Virus record (IMG/VR): IMGVR_UViG_3300014208_000080
Location: 1 to 38,201 of that record
Origin: a virus
Lineage: Duplodnaviria; Caudoviricetes
Direction: 5' to 3' (one strand)
Length of the DNA: 38,201 bases
Positions within the stretch are counted from its first letter, which is position 1. Each line of letters begins with the position of its first letter. Positions 30,101-37,586 of the stretch are shown here, in pieces. Under the pieces are notes generated by a model. It was not told where the DNA came from. It saw nothing but the letters and a program-made list of their open reading frames with translations, and did not search any database. A program made the position numbers and the translations under genes.

Positions 30101-31754
30101 TAAACTGGGATGAAGTATGTGTTGGATACCTTGAATAATAAAGAGCTGCAACTGCCGCCACATGAGGAGCGGCTGCAGAAGTACCGAAGAAAAGACTATC
30201 TCCTCCAAAGTGACCGTCTTTACCAACTTTGGTTACAACACCATCAGTAGCGGTTATAACAGGTGTATTCCTATTCTGCTCGGTTCCGAGATTACCAAAT
30301 GTGAACATAAGTGAAGGTCCATGGGAACTAAATGATTCAACAGTTGGGGTTTGGTCTAACGCGCTATAAGCTGCTACGCTTATTACGTTTGTTGCAGCAG
30401 AGTGACCATAGATATGCCCGGTCGAACTGCCGTTTGTAAGAGTAAACGATCTCGAACCATCAGGGTTAATATCTTCCGGTAATACCAGTATTTTAATGTT
30501 TTTAAAAGATTTCCCCAAATAGTAACCCTTATAATCAACCATAATATGAAACGTTGCATTATTCAAATAGTTCGACCAAGTAAGGCCAATCCATTCTTGT
30601 GGATATGATCCCTGACCGGCCTGATAGACTGTTGAAGAATCTATAAGATTCCAATTGTTGTCATATAAATATAAATTATAATCTTCACTCGCATTCCCCC
30701 ATAGTTCGTCCCATTGCAATGCAATAGTGATTGATTTATAATTTGAAAGAGTGAATGTTAGGGCAGAATCAGTCGATGTAAAAAGAACCCAATTCTTTCT
30801 TCCACCGGTTTTTACGCTTGGCTGTCCTGTGTACATTTTTTCAGCATCATTTCCGGCAGCAGAAACATAGGTTCCGCCATTTGATTGAAAACTATAAATT
30901 GCCTGGCTTATGTCTCCATCTTCAAACCAGGGTTGGCTAGTTATCCATCCTATATCATCTACAATTACTTTACAGTTCGCAGAAGTAGATAAAACATTAA
31001 TTGTATTTGCCATGTCAAGTGCAGTTGTGGAAATAGTATCGTTATTTGAATTGATATATTTACCTACACCGCCAAAAGTCAAACCGGCGCCTGGAGCGAG
31101 GTCGTGAATGATCTCCATCATTGCCGTTCCTTCAGAACCGATAAAATTATTTGAGTTGTTTACCCATCCAATTGGGGGTAAATCTCCGCTTTGCTGCGAA
31201 TTAGCATAATACTGCATACCATTAGATATAACGCCAACTTTAACCGGAGTGCCATTAATATCAGCACCGTTACTATAGAACAATGCCCGGGTAGAATCAG
31301 CAAGTAATTGACGATCTCCGGCGGATATAGCACTACCGGTTTTTGTAAAAGACTGTCCGGGACCATCAATAAACGTAACGCCGTCTAATGTTACTAAGTC
31401 GGTAAGTTTATCCAGTGGAACCCATGCGTTAAGGTTCATTGTTCCTCTGTATTGAATCTCACCACCCCAGGTAACTATGTTATTAGCTACAACATCCATA
31501 TTGCGAATTGCAGTAATATTCAAGAACATTCTCCCGTTACTATCAACGGGTAAAAACTTTGAACTGTACTTGTTTTTGTATTCAGCGCTGCTTAATTTTC
31601 TAAAAGCTGCATCACTTTTAATATGCCGGAATTTTTTTGTAAGCATGCTGCTCATTTTCCTTTCTGCCGTACTGTCTATATTTTGTTGAGCAGTTAGGAG
31701 CGTTGCATCGATAATAATGCAAAGCAACCATAAAACCAATAATCCATTTTTCAT
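27120..31754 (-). CDS. S8/S53-like subtilase with T9SS type A sorting domain
   Basis: Signal peptide; VKVGVISNG, SEGTAMMEIIHDLAPGA, VSAAGND, FFGTSAAAPHVA; C-terminal LFQNYPNPFNP...SGMYVYRL...KKMLLLK. Confidence 0.93.
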   Translation of the reverse strand: MKNGLLVLWLLCIIIDATLLTAQQNIDSTAERKMSSMLTKKFRHIKSDAAFRKLSSAEYKNKYSSKFLPVDSNGRMFLNITAIRNMDVVANNIVTWGGEIQYRGTMNLNAWVPLDKLTDLVTLDGVTFIDGPGQSFTKTGSAISAGDRQLLADSTRALFYSNGADINGTPVKVGVISNGMQYYANSQQSGDLPPIGWVNNSNNFIGSEGTAMMEIIHDLAPGAGLTFGGVGKYINSNNDTISTTALDMANTINVLSTSANCKVIVDDIGWITSQPWFEDGDISQAIYSFQSNGGTYVSAAGNDAEKMYTGQPSVKTGGRKNWVLFTSTDSALTFTLSNYKSITIALQWDELWGNASEDYNLYLYDNNWNLIDSSTVYQAGQGSYPQEWIGLTWSNYLNNATFHIMVDYKGYYLGKSFKNIKILVLPEDINPDGSRSFTLTNGSSTGHIYGHSAATNVISVAAYSALDQTPTVESFSSHGPSLMFTFGNLGTEQNRNTPVITATDGVVTKVGKDGHFGGDSLFFGTSAAAPHVAAVAALYYSRYPTHTSSQFISAITSSAKSISSGTGGTWNSTSGYGKISAYDAIVKGMTTLNNPQVTANTTWNLNRITGTAAISAGKTVTIDANYTTLVEGTVNLGDANSKILIYGTLILTNSATVNPASGLVVEPGGRIVSPNMVNVSVTQLDESSTPFGTVGHWTFNRFDSAAVPYVFPSFNNTPERMRGQQYFKTGTTQKFQLWNSLSSRVINPDTFKTAVGQPNIITSQFKTANNATLQASLEGVTPGGTLNLLDPWMIDTTDAFGQRNKGMADWHRPVSYSTNNIGTSTSHMGVLLSQSVNSGSYYSVQAPLTQTLNGVTGYFQNWSGTNFTLQQVGNNPSGYDQKAVIFNNANALVTANYKGVHLSGTSTSFMNNNQNKVVKTSDGYLHLVYESMGYVFYERSTNNGTTWQLMNNSKPLSTYESKHPAISINGTEIVIVYQEKDGTGSKVMLFHPCGCGTDGSYLLESEPDEAYATKNLTPVVALGANNEVMIVWKRTTLSGSKTEGLYYKFGHISYDYHYWYSAGNLGDMVDPLGGEVNGANLSPAIDVTKSVTYPARNVFHIAWQQPTGNYSHIDYSKIDVGTNNTLSSTTGVEDVSSGSGYSYNYSPSISLSTSNVVNVAWAAMPYYPSSTRKVISRTRTSSWSSYFGQYGNTVNYPSVACYGSSSILAWSEGSSSPYSDKFLKWGSVHTAPVYGKDLQIFSTSTLQDMKIVSFSNTTTPYSFAQSADLYNLNKENPLAMCSGVQVVARQEKTEFFFRIGDISFNGQNVAFKGINLNATNLSQNDLDYLMTSDMVNLGDADNFGYSIEYGATDTVKALSLLQKDKFISFNVELIDATNDAVLYTLNNVKFDGNSSLNLNSESYNIDLTGLTGKEVYFKVKITNSLNPVYYASEIKSDAKVLGKSKAVSLDLSNKLVVKDYDLFQNYPNPFNPATIITYQLPKSGSVTLKIYDMLGKEVKTLVNEQKEMGKYTVQFDASSLASGMYVYRLRANDFTSTKKMLLLK

Positions 31755-31816
31755 TTTACACCTTTCGTGTTTTTTTTGAAATAATATTTATTAAATGCTA
31801 ATTTGTAGGTGCAAAT

Positions 31817-31918
31817 AAAAAGGCGCGTGGTTAACGGACGTAAACGAAACCACGCATAAGGTGACCAGCCTTGACCTATATATTTGCATTTTATAGGCGG
31901 GATGCTACAACATCCCGC
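31817..31918 (-). promoter_or_regulatory. intergenic multi-hairpin leader with terminator-like last stem
   Basis: Inverted repeats at 31897-31904/31911-31918, 31875-31880/31892-31897 and 31825-31832/31848-31855; the last is followed on the minus strand by GCCTTTTT. Confidence 0.55.
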
Positions 31919-31927
31919 TTAATTATT

Positions 31928-32005
31928 TTGTCATTCTTTTCTCCATAAATCTTATTTTCTTACACCGACTACTGCAATAGCCCGGTCGCCTCCGAGCGTT
32001 CCAAC
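31928..32005. repeat. 78-bp direct repeat, copy 1
   Basis: 74/78 identical to 33040-33117. Confidence 0.95.
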
Positions 32006-33046
32006 GGCTACCACAAGGTTATCTTTTATACTTACCGAACAAAAAACACAGTTCGGAATATTTAACTGCTGTGTAAAATTATACCACGTGCTGCCGTTGT
32101 AATGCAGTAAGGTTCCGAATGCCCCCACTGCAACAATATCATTCCATGCGTTCCCGCGAATTGCGTTGATATAACCATAATTCTTTGACGGTGCTGCTCG
32201 AATGATTTGCCAAATGCTATCCTGTAACGACTTCTTGTAATATATTTCTGCGCCAACGATATAATAACCTTTGTTGTCAAACCATAGTCCTCTTATACTC
32301 CATGAAAGACCATTTGTGTTGATTTTTGTTGCAGTATTACCGGTGATAGAAAGTAAATTTTCTGTTCCCCCATAATACACGGTTGAACTGATGCTAAGTA
32401 TTGTTGTTTGTCCGGAAGTATTTTTGTATCCCCAAATGTCTTGGATATCTTCATTTACTCCGCTTTCTAGCTTTTGCCAATTTATCCCATTGAAGTGAGT
32501 AACCATACCCTTCCATCCTATCCCATACAAATTATTCGAACTAGTCCCGAAGAGTCTGTTTACAGATTGTCCGTTCTCCTCCCCTCCTACTAAAGAAATC
32601 CGATCATAAGAAGCGCTTACTTTCCCTGATGCACCATCCCAGCCATATATACCCCCATCAGTCAACCAAATATCAGAAGAAGAAATACTTAAAATTCCCC
32701 TAATGCTTGGTATTATATTATTATTTGTATCATAAATTCTGTTAAGTTTCCATTTCTTACTGTCCCATTCTACTATACCGTATGGTTGGGGCTCAAACTG
32801 TCCTGTTGAATCTTTAACTTCAATATCCCCAACAGCATAAACAAGCAATGGATTTGTACTAATAATTGCTACATCGTTTAATCCGCTTCCGTTGCCATCT
32901 CCTAAAGTATCAATGGTAAAAACCCAGTTGTGGCTTGTAGTATCTTGTCCTTCCGGTGGCATGGGTGGTATAACCGGGTTCTTTTTACAATTAAAGCCCA
33001 ACATCGTGATAACAACTAATGATGTTATTAAAATATATCTTGTCAT
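31952..33046 (-). CDS. lipoprotein, beta-propeller-like
   Basis: Lipoprotein signal ending GFN-C, then KKNP, Pro linker, DTTSHNWVFTIDTL, and repeated HF/YNGxxW blades. Start at the ATG at 33046 (GGAG RBS) or 33058. Confidence 0.85.
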   Translation of the reverse strand: MTRYILITSLVVITMLGFNCKKNPVIPPMPPEGQDTTSHNWVFTIDTLGDGNGSGLNDVAIISTNPLLVYAVGDIEVKDSTGQFEPQPYGIVEWDSKKWKLNRIYDTNNNIIPSIRGILSISSSDIWLTDGGIYGWDGASGKVSASYDRISLVGGEENGQSVNRLFGTSSNNLYGIGWKGMVTHFNGINWQKLESGVNEDIQDIWGYKNTSGQTTILSISSTVYYGGTENLLSITGNTATKINTNGLSWSIRGLWFDNKGYYIVGAEIYYKKSLQDSIWQIIRAAPSKNYGYINAIRGNAWNDIVAVGAFGTLLHYNGSTWYNFTQQLNIPNCVFCSVSIKDNLVVAVGTLGGDRAIAVVGVRK

Positions 33047-33117
33047 TCTTTTCTCCATAAATTTTATTTTCTTACACCAACTACTGCAATTGCCCGGTCA
33101 CCTCCGAGCGTTCCAAC
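33040..33117. repeat. 78-bp direct repeat, copy 2
   Basis: 74/78 identical to 31928-32005. Confidence 0.95.
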
Positions 33118-33256
33118 AGGTACTCTGAGTTTATCTATCGTCGATACGTAGTCTCGTTTTCCATGGATATCTTGTTCATGTCCGGTGAGTGTTTTTTGTA
33201 CCTATAGTCAAATAATACAATAGTAACCAGTAAAAAGAGAGGAGGTGTTTTTTCAT
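33064..33256 (-). pseudogene. internally deleted, frameshifted lipoprotein paralogue
   Basis: Fragments across frames: MKKHLLSF / LLVTIVLFDYRYKKH / GHEQDIHGKRDYVSTIDKLRVP-VGTLGGDRAIAVVGVRK*. The last 17 aa are identical to the C-terminus of the intact lipoprotein. Confidence 0.72.
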
Positions 33257-33506
33257 AAAGTTTTTCCGGTAAAAGTTAAAAGAGAAGGAGGGGAAAAATG
33301 AATGAGCGAAGAAGAAAAAAGGGAAATAAATACATCAGTTCTCTTTATTTTTTCTATTTTTTTGTTCGCTACTATAAAAGCATAGTGTTTTATTTTTAGC
33401 ATTAACTAACTCCAAGGACGAAACAATAAATGGATATTAAAATATCTTTTTCAAACAATAATTTTTTTTTCAGCTAAAGTATAAGCAAATAATGCGAACA
33501 AAAACA

Positions 33507-33588
33507 GTAGGGTAAACCCTAATAATGTGTAGGGTAAACCCTAATTCGTAGTAGGGAAAACCCTACAAATGAGTAGGGAAATCCCTAC
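33507..33588. promoter_or_regulatory. four palindromic TAGGG-N4-CCCTA sites at a 22-bp period
   Basis: Units start at 33507, 33529, 33551 and 33573: GTAGGGTAAACCCTAA twice, GTAGGGAAAACCCTAC, GTAGGGAAATCCCTAC. Confidence 0.85.
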
Positions 33589-33770
33589 TGAAAAGTAACC
33601 CCTAACGGTTTTTGTTTCATTTTCGCACTTTTTCAGTTTTACGCCCTTTTTTGTCTATTCTTCCCGTCTTTTCCCCGACTCAGTTATTATTCAGATTTTG
33701 CTATACAAATTAGTAGTTCAACTATTAATAAATTATCATTTTTTGCATCGCGCTTTTGTTCTCCTACTTC

Positions 33771-34506
33771 GCCCGAGGCGGATCGCATTACGAAAATCAA
33801 TTCCACTTCATTTCATTGAAATGTGATAAAATAACAGTTAGTCAAAATACACTCCGGTTTGAGACTTTTTTCTCAAAGGAATTTCAACTGCTGCTTATCT
33901 ACTTACTTCGCGCTATTCGGAATAGAGTTGAAGGGGTTTTCTTTTGGGTCAATTTAACTCAATTCCTTTTAAGTCTTTTAATACAGTAGTACCTCCATCA
34001 CCATGATTGGTTTTCCGAAGAGGGTTTATAATCACATCACTTTCGATCAAGTCTGACGCCTTCAAATACTACGAACTCTTTTTGTGGGAGAAAAGCAAAT
34101 TTTCCATCAGCTGCACGTTTGTAAACACAATAAAAAACACCAACCGCTAATCACTTCTCCGGCATTTTTTATCGCATTTACTTCACGATGTAAAATCAAG
34201 ACAGTCCCTACAAAAAGAGTTCTATATTTATTGGCTGACTTGAAAAAATCGAAAGTGAAATCACAAAAACACTCAATCGCTTCGAAAAAATTCATTTGTT
34301 CATGTTTACGGTACATTGAACGCAACAAGACATAAAGTTTTAAGATATAAAAATCTTCACTTTGACCTGAAAACCTCCCTCATTTTTCTCTATTCCTAAA
34401 TTTACAATAGCAAAAGCGAAACAGCGATAAGCGAACGGCAACGCAGTTGAAATTTTATTCCTCTTTGAAAAATGTAATCCTCAAAACCGTGAATCTCTTT
34501 TCGGGC
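33771..34506. other. structured non-coding region B, ~735-nt imperfect fold-back hairpin
   Basis: More than 12 nested collinear inverted repeats, e.g. 33880-33891/34443-34454, 33919-33927/34388-34396, 34037-34047/34248-34258, 34073-34089/34205-34222; apex at about 34138-34164. Confidence 0.88.
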
Positions 34507-34578
34507 ATCATCTGAATCTCAAATACAAATAACCTTTAATCTCAATTAACACAGAAATTCTAAATACAAGGAACTGCA

Positions 34579-34830
34579 ATGAAAAAGTCACTTAAAAACC
34601 AATCTACATCGATCAATAAAACAATTCGCCGCGGCGAATCTAACTCTAAAACATTAAACAACGATACTCTTGAAATCAAAAGAGTCCCTCTTTTTGATTT
34701 CATCAAGAATCAACTTGGAGGAATTGAACTAACACCGGAACAAATGAAAGAACTTGAACCGGAGAGACCGGTGATCAATTACTCAATGTTCCCGATAAAC
34801 CCGGATGAAGATTATGAATACGATCTTTAA
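34579..34830 (+). CDS. hypothetical protein
   Basis: 83 aa with AAGGAA RBS; first gene after the hairpin. Confidence 0.6.
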   Translation: MKKSLKNQSTSINKTIRRGESNSKTLNNDTLEIKRVPLFDFIKNQLGGIELTPEQMKELEPERPVINYSMFPINPDEDYEYDL

Positions 34831-35056
34831 TCCGGAGGATGTTTCAGTCTTAAACGAATCATGGCTTCATGGTAAATACATACATGGGGAAATCAATACA
34901 TGGCTTCCCTTTCTCTGCTATGAACAAGGTGATTTCAACTACTATTCTCAAGGGGATGAAGCGGAACAAGTCATTAAGCAAATCCATGAAATATGGCTTA
35001 ATGGCTTAGAACTAACGGCTGAACAAGCATTTGAACAATATTTTTCTAATTTTTAA
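34814..35056 (+). CDS. small acidic hypothetical protein
   Basis: Overlaps the upstream gene; acidic and aromatic-rich; start at 34814 or 34805. Confidence 0.65.
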   Translation: MNTIFNPEDVSVLNESWLHGKYIHGEINTWLPFLCYEQGDFNYYSQGDEAEQVIKQIHEIWLNGLELTAEQAFEQYFSNF

Positions 35057-35071
35057 CAAAAGGCAAATACA

Positions 35072-35530
35072 ATGACTAATCCTAAATCTGTAAAAACAAT
35101 CTCCTGGAAATTCAGAGACCTTCAAGAAAGTTATCCCGAATTGGTAGACCGCCAAATGAAGATCACTTCTCCTCAAGATGTTTTCGTTCAATTCTCTTTT
35201 CTTTTTAGAAATGAAGTCAAAGAGAAGTTCGTAGTCTTTTGGCTCAACTCTCAAAACAGAGTGATCGGCTTTGAGGTAGTCTCAGAGGGAACGCTTGATG
35301 CTTCTGTAGTACATCCGAGAGAGGTCTTCAGAGGCGCAATAGTCGCAACCTGCAGAAATATCATCATTGCACACAATCACCCTTCAGGAAATCTTGAACC
35401 GAGCAACGAAGATATTTCAATCACTAAGAAATTGGTGGAATCGGGAAAGATCATCGAGATCAATGTCTTCGACCATATCATTTTCACAAATTCGGGTTAC
35501 ACCTCATTTGTTGAAAAACGATTGATGTAA
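35072..35530 (+). CDS. radC: short RadC-like JAB-domain protein
   Basis: VVHPREVF, AHNHPSG, PSNEDISIT, VFDHII. Confidence 0.93.
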   Translation: MTNPKSVKTISWKFRDLQESYPELVDRQMKITSPQDVFVQFSFLFRNEVKEKFVVFWLNSQNRVIGFEVVSEGTLDASVVHPREVFRGAIVATCRNIIIAHNHPSGNLEPSNEDISITKKLVESGKIIEINVFDHIIFTNSGYTSFVEKRLM

Positions 35531-35545
35531 TCGCAAACAATTTTA

Positions 35546-35571
35546 AGCCGGAAGTTTATTCACTTTCGGCT
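35546..35571 (+). terminator. stem-loop after radC
   Basis: AGCCGGAAGT / ACTTTCGGCT; weak T tail. Confidence 0.5.
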
Positions 35572-35621
35572 CTTCCATTATAAAACAAATCAAACTTCAA
35601 TTAACACAAAGGAACAATATC

Positions 35622-36479
35622 ATGAACTACTCAGAATTCTCAGCACAAATTTCAAATAAGATCATTTCAATTTTAGAGACCGGAAAGCTTTCCTGGAGGC
35701 AATCTTGGAAGGTTTCGCTTCCTCATAATTTTGTCAGCAAGCGCCGATACAGCGGGATGAACCTTTTCAGTTTGTTTGGAGCAATGATCGACAATAACTT
35801 CACGAATCCCGGATTTATAACTTTTTTACAAGCTTCTCAAAAAGGATTGAAGATCAATAAGGGAAGCAAAGGAAGTCAAGTCATCTTTTGGAAAACGGAT
35901 CAAGTTTCGGAAGTGAATGTTACAACCGAAGAAATTGAATCCAGAAGACGGATGATAGCGAAGTTCTATTATGTTTTCAATATCTCTCAAACGGATTATG
36001 CCGGTGAACCGGAAATGCCGATCCATGAGGATGCTCAATCACTTCTTGATTCCATCATTCGTGATAAGGCAATCGTATCTTCATTCCATCCTATTAAGGC
36101 ATCATATCGCCCAAGCTTGCACGATATAATAATCCCAAGTGCAAAACAGTTCAGTACACCGGAGGAATATTATTCAACCTTCTTCCATGAGATCATGCAC
36201 TGGAGCGGAAAGGAAATGAATAGAGAACTTAACGCAGATAATAAAACCATCGCTTACGCTAAGGAAGAACTTATCGCAGAATTCGGATCAAGTTTCCTTT
36301 GCGCTCTTTGCGGGATTGAGAATACGTTTGAGAATTCCGCCGCGTACATCCAGGACTGGATCGAGTATGGGAAACTTGATAAGACGTTCATTCCCGGGGC
36401 GATTACCTCAGCTTCTAAAGCAGTTGAGTTCTTAACGAAAGCTTATTTCGATGCTAAGGAACTCAAAGAAGCTGCTTAA
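35622..36479 (+). CDS. ardC: ArdC-like antirestriction protein (ssDNA-binding plus zincin domain)
   Basis: PHNFVSKRRYSGMN, TFLQA...KGSKG, YVFNISQ, YYSTFFHEIMHWSG, YAKEELIAEFGS. Confidence 0.92.
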   Translation: MNYSEFSAQISNKIISILETGKLSWRQSWKVSLPHNFVSKRRYSGMNLFSLFGAMIDNNFTNPGFITFLQASQKGLKINKGSKGSQVIFWKTDQVSEVNVTTEEIESRRRMIAKFYYVFNISQTDYAGEPEMPIHEDAQSLLDSIIRDKAIVSSFHPIKASYRPSLHDIIIPSAKQFSTPEEYYSTFFHEIMHWSGKEMNRELNADNKTIAYAKEELIAEFGSSFLCALCGIENTFENSAAYIQDWIEYGKLDKTFIPGAITSASKAVEFLTKAYFDAKELKEAA

Positions 36480-36497
36480 ATCTTTAATCACATTCAC

Positions 36498-36528
36498 GCT
36501 TCCCTCTTGATCGGGGGAAGCTTTATTT
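36498..36528 (+). terminator. intrinsic terminator-like hairpin
   Basis: GCTTCCCTC / GGGGGAAGC followed by TTTATTT. Confidence 0.65.
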
Positions 36529-36546
36529 AGTTATAGGAGAACTACT

Positions 36547-36705
36547 ATGAATCAAACCAGAATTGATTTCTTACATAACAGAAAGCTTGAACTTTTAACA
36601 ATAGAGAAAGAACAAGGATTTCTTTGGGATAAACAGCGATATGAACTTCAATACATCGAAAGATGCTTAAAAACAATATGCAAAAAACAAAATAAAAAGG
36701 ATTAG
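36547..36705 (+). CDS. 52-aa hypothetical protein (missing from the ORF track)
   Basis: AGGAG RBS; MNQTRIDFLHNRKLELLTIEKEQGFLWDKQRYELQYIERCLKTICKKQNKKD*. Confidence 0.7.
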   Translation: MNQTRIDFLHNRKLELLTIEKEQGFLWDKQRYELQYIERCLKTICKKQNKKD

Positions 36706-36708
36706 ACC

Positions 36709-36930
36709 ATGAATAGACAAGATCAAATTGAATTTGTAAAAGAATTAATTCAAAGAGTTGAATCACAAATTTGTGATAAGATCGCAAAGGAAAAAGTACC
36801 GGAGGATTGGACTTGTACGCATCTTAGGCTTTATGTTGTTGACAAATTCGTTTGTCAAACTCCAATCTTACTGGAGAGCAGATCATTCTTGAAAAAATAT
36901 AACAACGATATTTTAATAAACGATCTTTAG
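36709..36930 (+). CDS. hypothetical protein
   Basis: 73 aa with AAGGA RBS; contains KVPEDW. Confidence 0.7.
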   Translation: MNRQDQIEFVKELIQRVESQICDKIAKEKVPEDWTCTHLRLYVVDKFVCQTPILLESRSFLKKYNNDILINDL

Positions 36931-36944
36931 AAAGGAATAAAACC

Positions 36945-37364
36945 ATGAATTACAGTGAATTCAAACAAAAAAGAGATGAAGCCGTTTCTGCTTTACCCAT
37001 CTTTTACGCTTTCAATGATAAACAATTCGAAGAAGGCATGAAGAATTTAGGACTAAATGCAGATGAATTAAATCTCATTCTATCTTTAGGAGGTGGAGGC
37101 TACATAAAAAAAACTGACAGACAAATGATAATCCAATCATTTAAGGATGCTGAAAATGATTTCGCCGAACTGATGAAAGATGATACTTTTTTCATTGACG
37201 CCGTCAGTTATGAATTAGGCAATCATGAGTTTTGCATTACATACGATCCGAGCGATGCACTTGCAGCAGTTAGTCTGAGCATAGATGCAGTAAACGCAGA
37301 TGAACGGATGAAAAAACTTTATTTTGTCGCAAGAGCGCAATACCTAGAAGGAGCGAATCAATGA
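36945..37364 (+). CDS. hypothetical mobile-element protein
   Basis: 139 aa; FYAFNDKQFEEG, GGGGYI, YELGNHE. Confidence 0.75.
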   Translation: MNYSEFKQKRDEAVSALPIFYAFNDKQFEEGMKNLGLNADELNLILSLGGGGYIKKTDRQMIIQSFKDAENDFAELMKDDTFFIDAVSYELGNHEFCITYDPSDALAAVSLSIDAVNADERMKKLYFVARAQYLEGANQ

Positions 37365-37573
37365 GCCGCAATGAATACGGAATACTTGTAAGCATCAAAG
37401 CTAAATCTGATTCTAAATGCACCGAAACCGGAAACCCTATCAAGAGGGGTGATCCGATTCTTTGGGCTAAAGGAACTAAACAAGTCTATTGCATGGATTC
37501 AAAAGAAGCGCAAAACTACTTTGAAGCTAAATTCGACGAAGAAGTTTTAAGCAATAATCAGAAAAATTATTAG
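37361..37573 (+). CDS. small putative Zn-ribbon protein
   Basis: AKSDSKCTETGNPIKRGD...VYC; ATGA overlap with the upstream gene. Confidence 0.7.
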   Translation: MSRNEYGILVSIKAKSDSKCTETGNPIKRGDPILWAKGTKQVYCMDSKEAQNYFEAKFDEEVLSNNQKNY

Positions 37574-37586
37574 GATAAAAAAATGC

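Noticed and set aside
1056-31689. Antisense or nested ORFs within major genes (e.g. 1056-1478, 8435-8878, 15700-16137, 18189-18392, 19633-20055, 22698-23054)
   Set aside because: Shadow frames of well-supported genes with no independent motifs.
31928-33117. 78-bp repeat as a DGR template/variable repeat pair
   Set aside because: Mismatches are not adenine-specific on either strand, the coding ones are synonymous, and no reverse transcriptase is present.
33507-33588. 22-bp periodic repeats as a CRISPR array
   Set aside because: Repeats of 16 bp and spacers of 6 bp are far too short, and there is no cas operon.
33756-34335. ORFs 33756-33989, 34084-34335 and 34107-34328
   Set aside because: They lie inside the fold-back hairpin, have weak starts and show no protein-like features.
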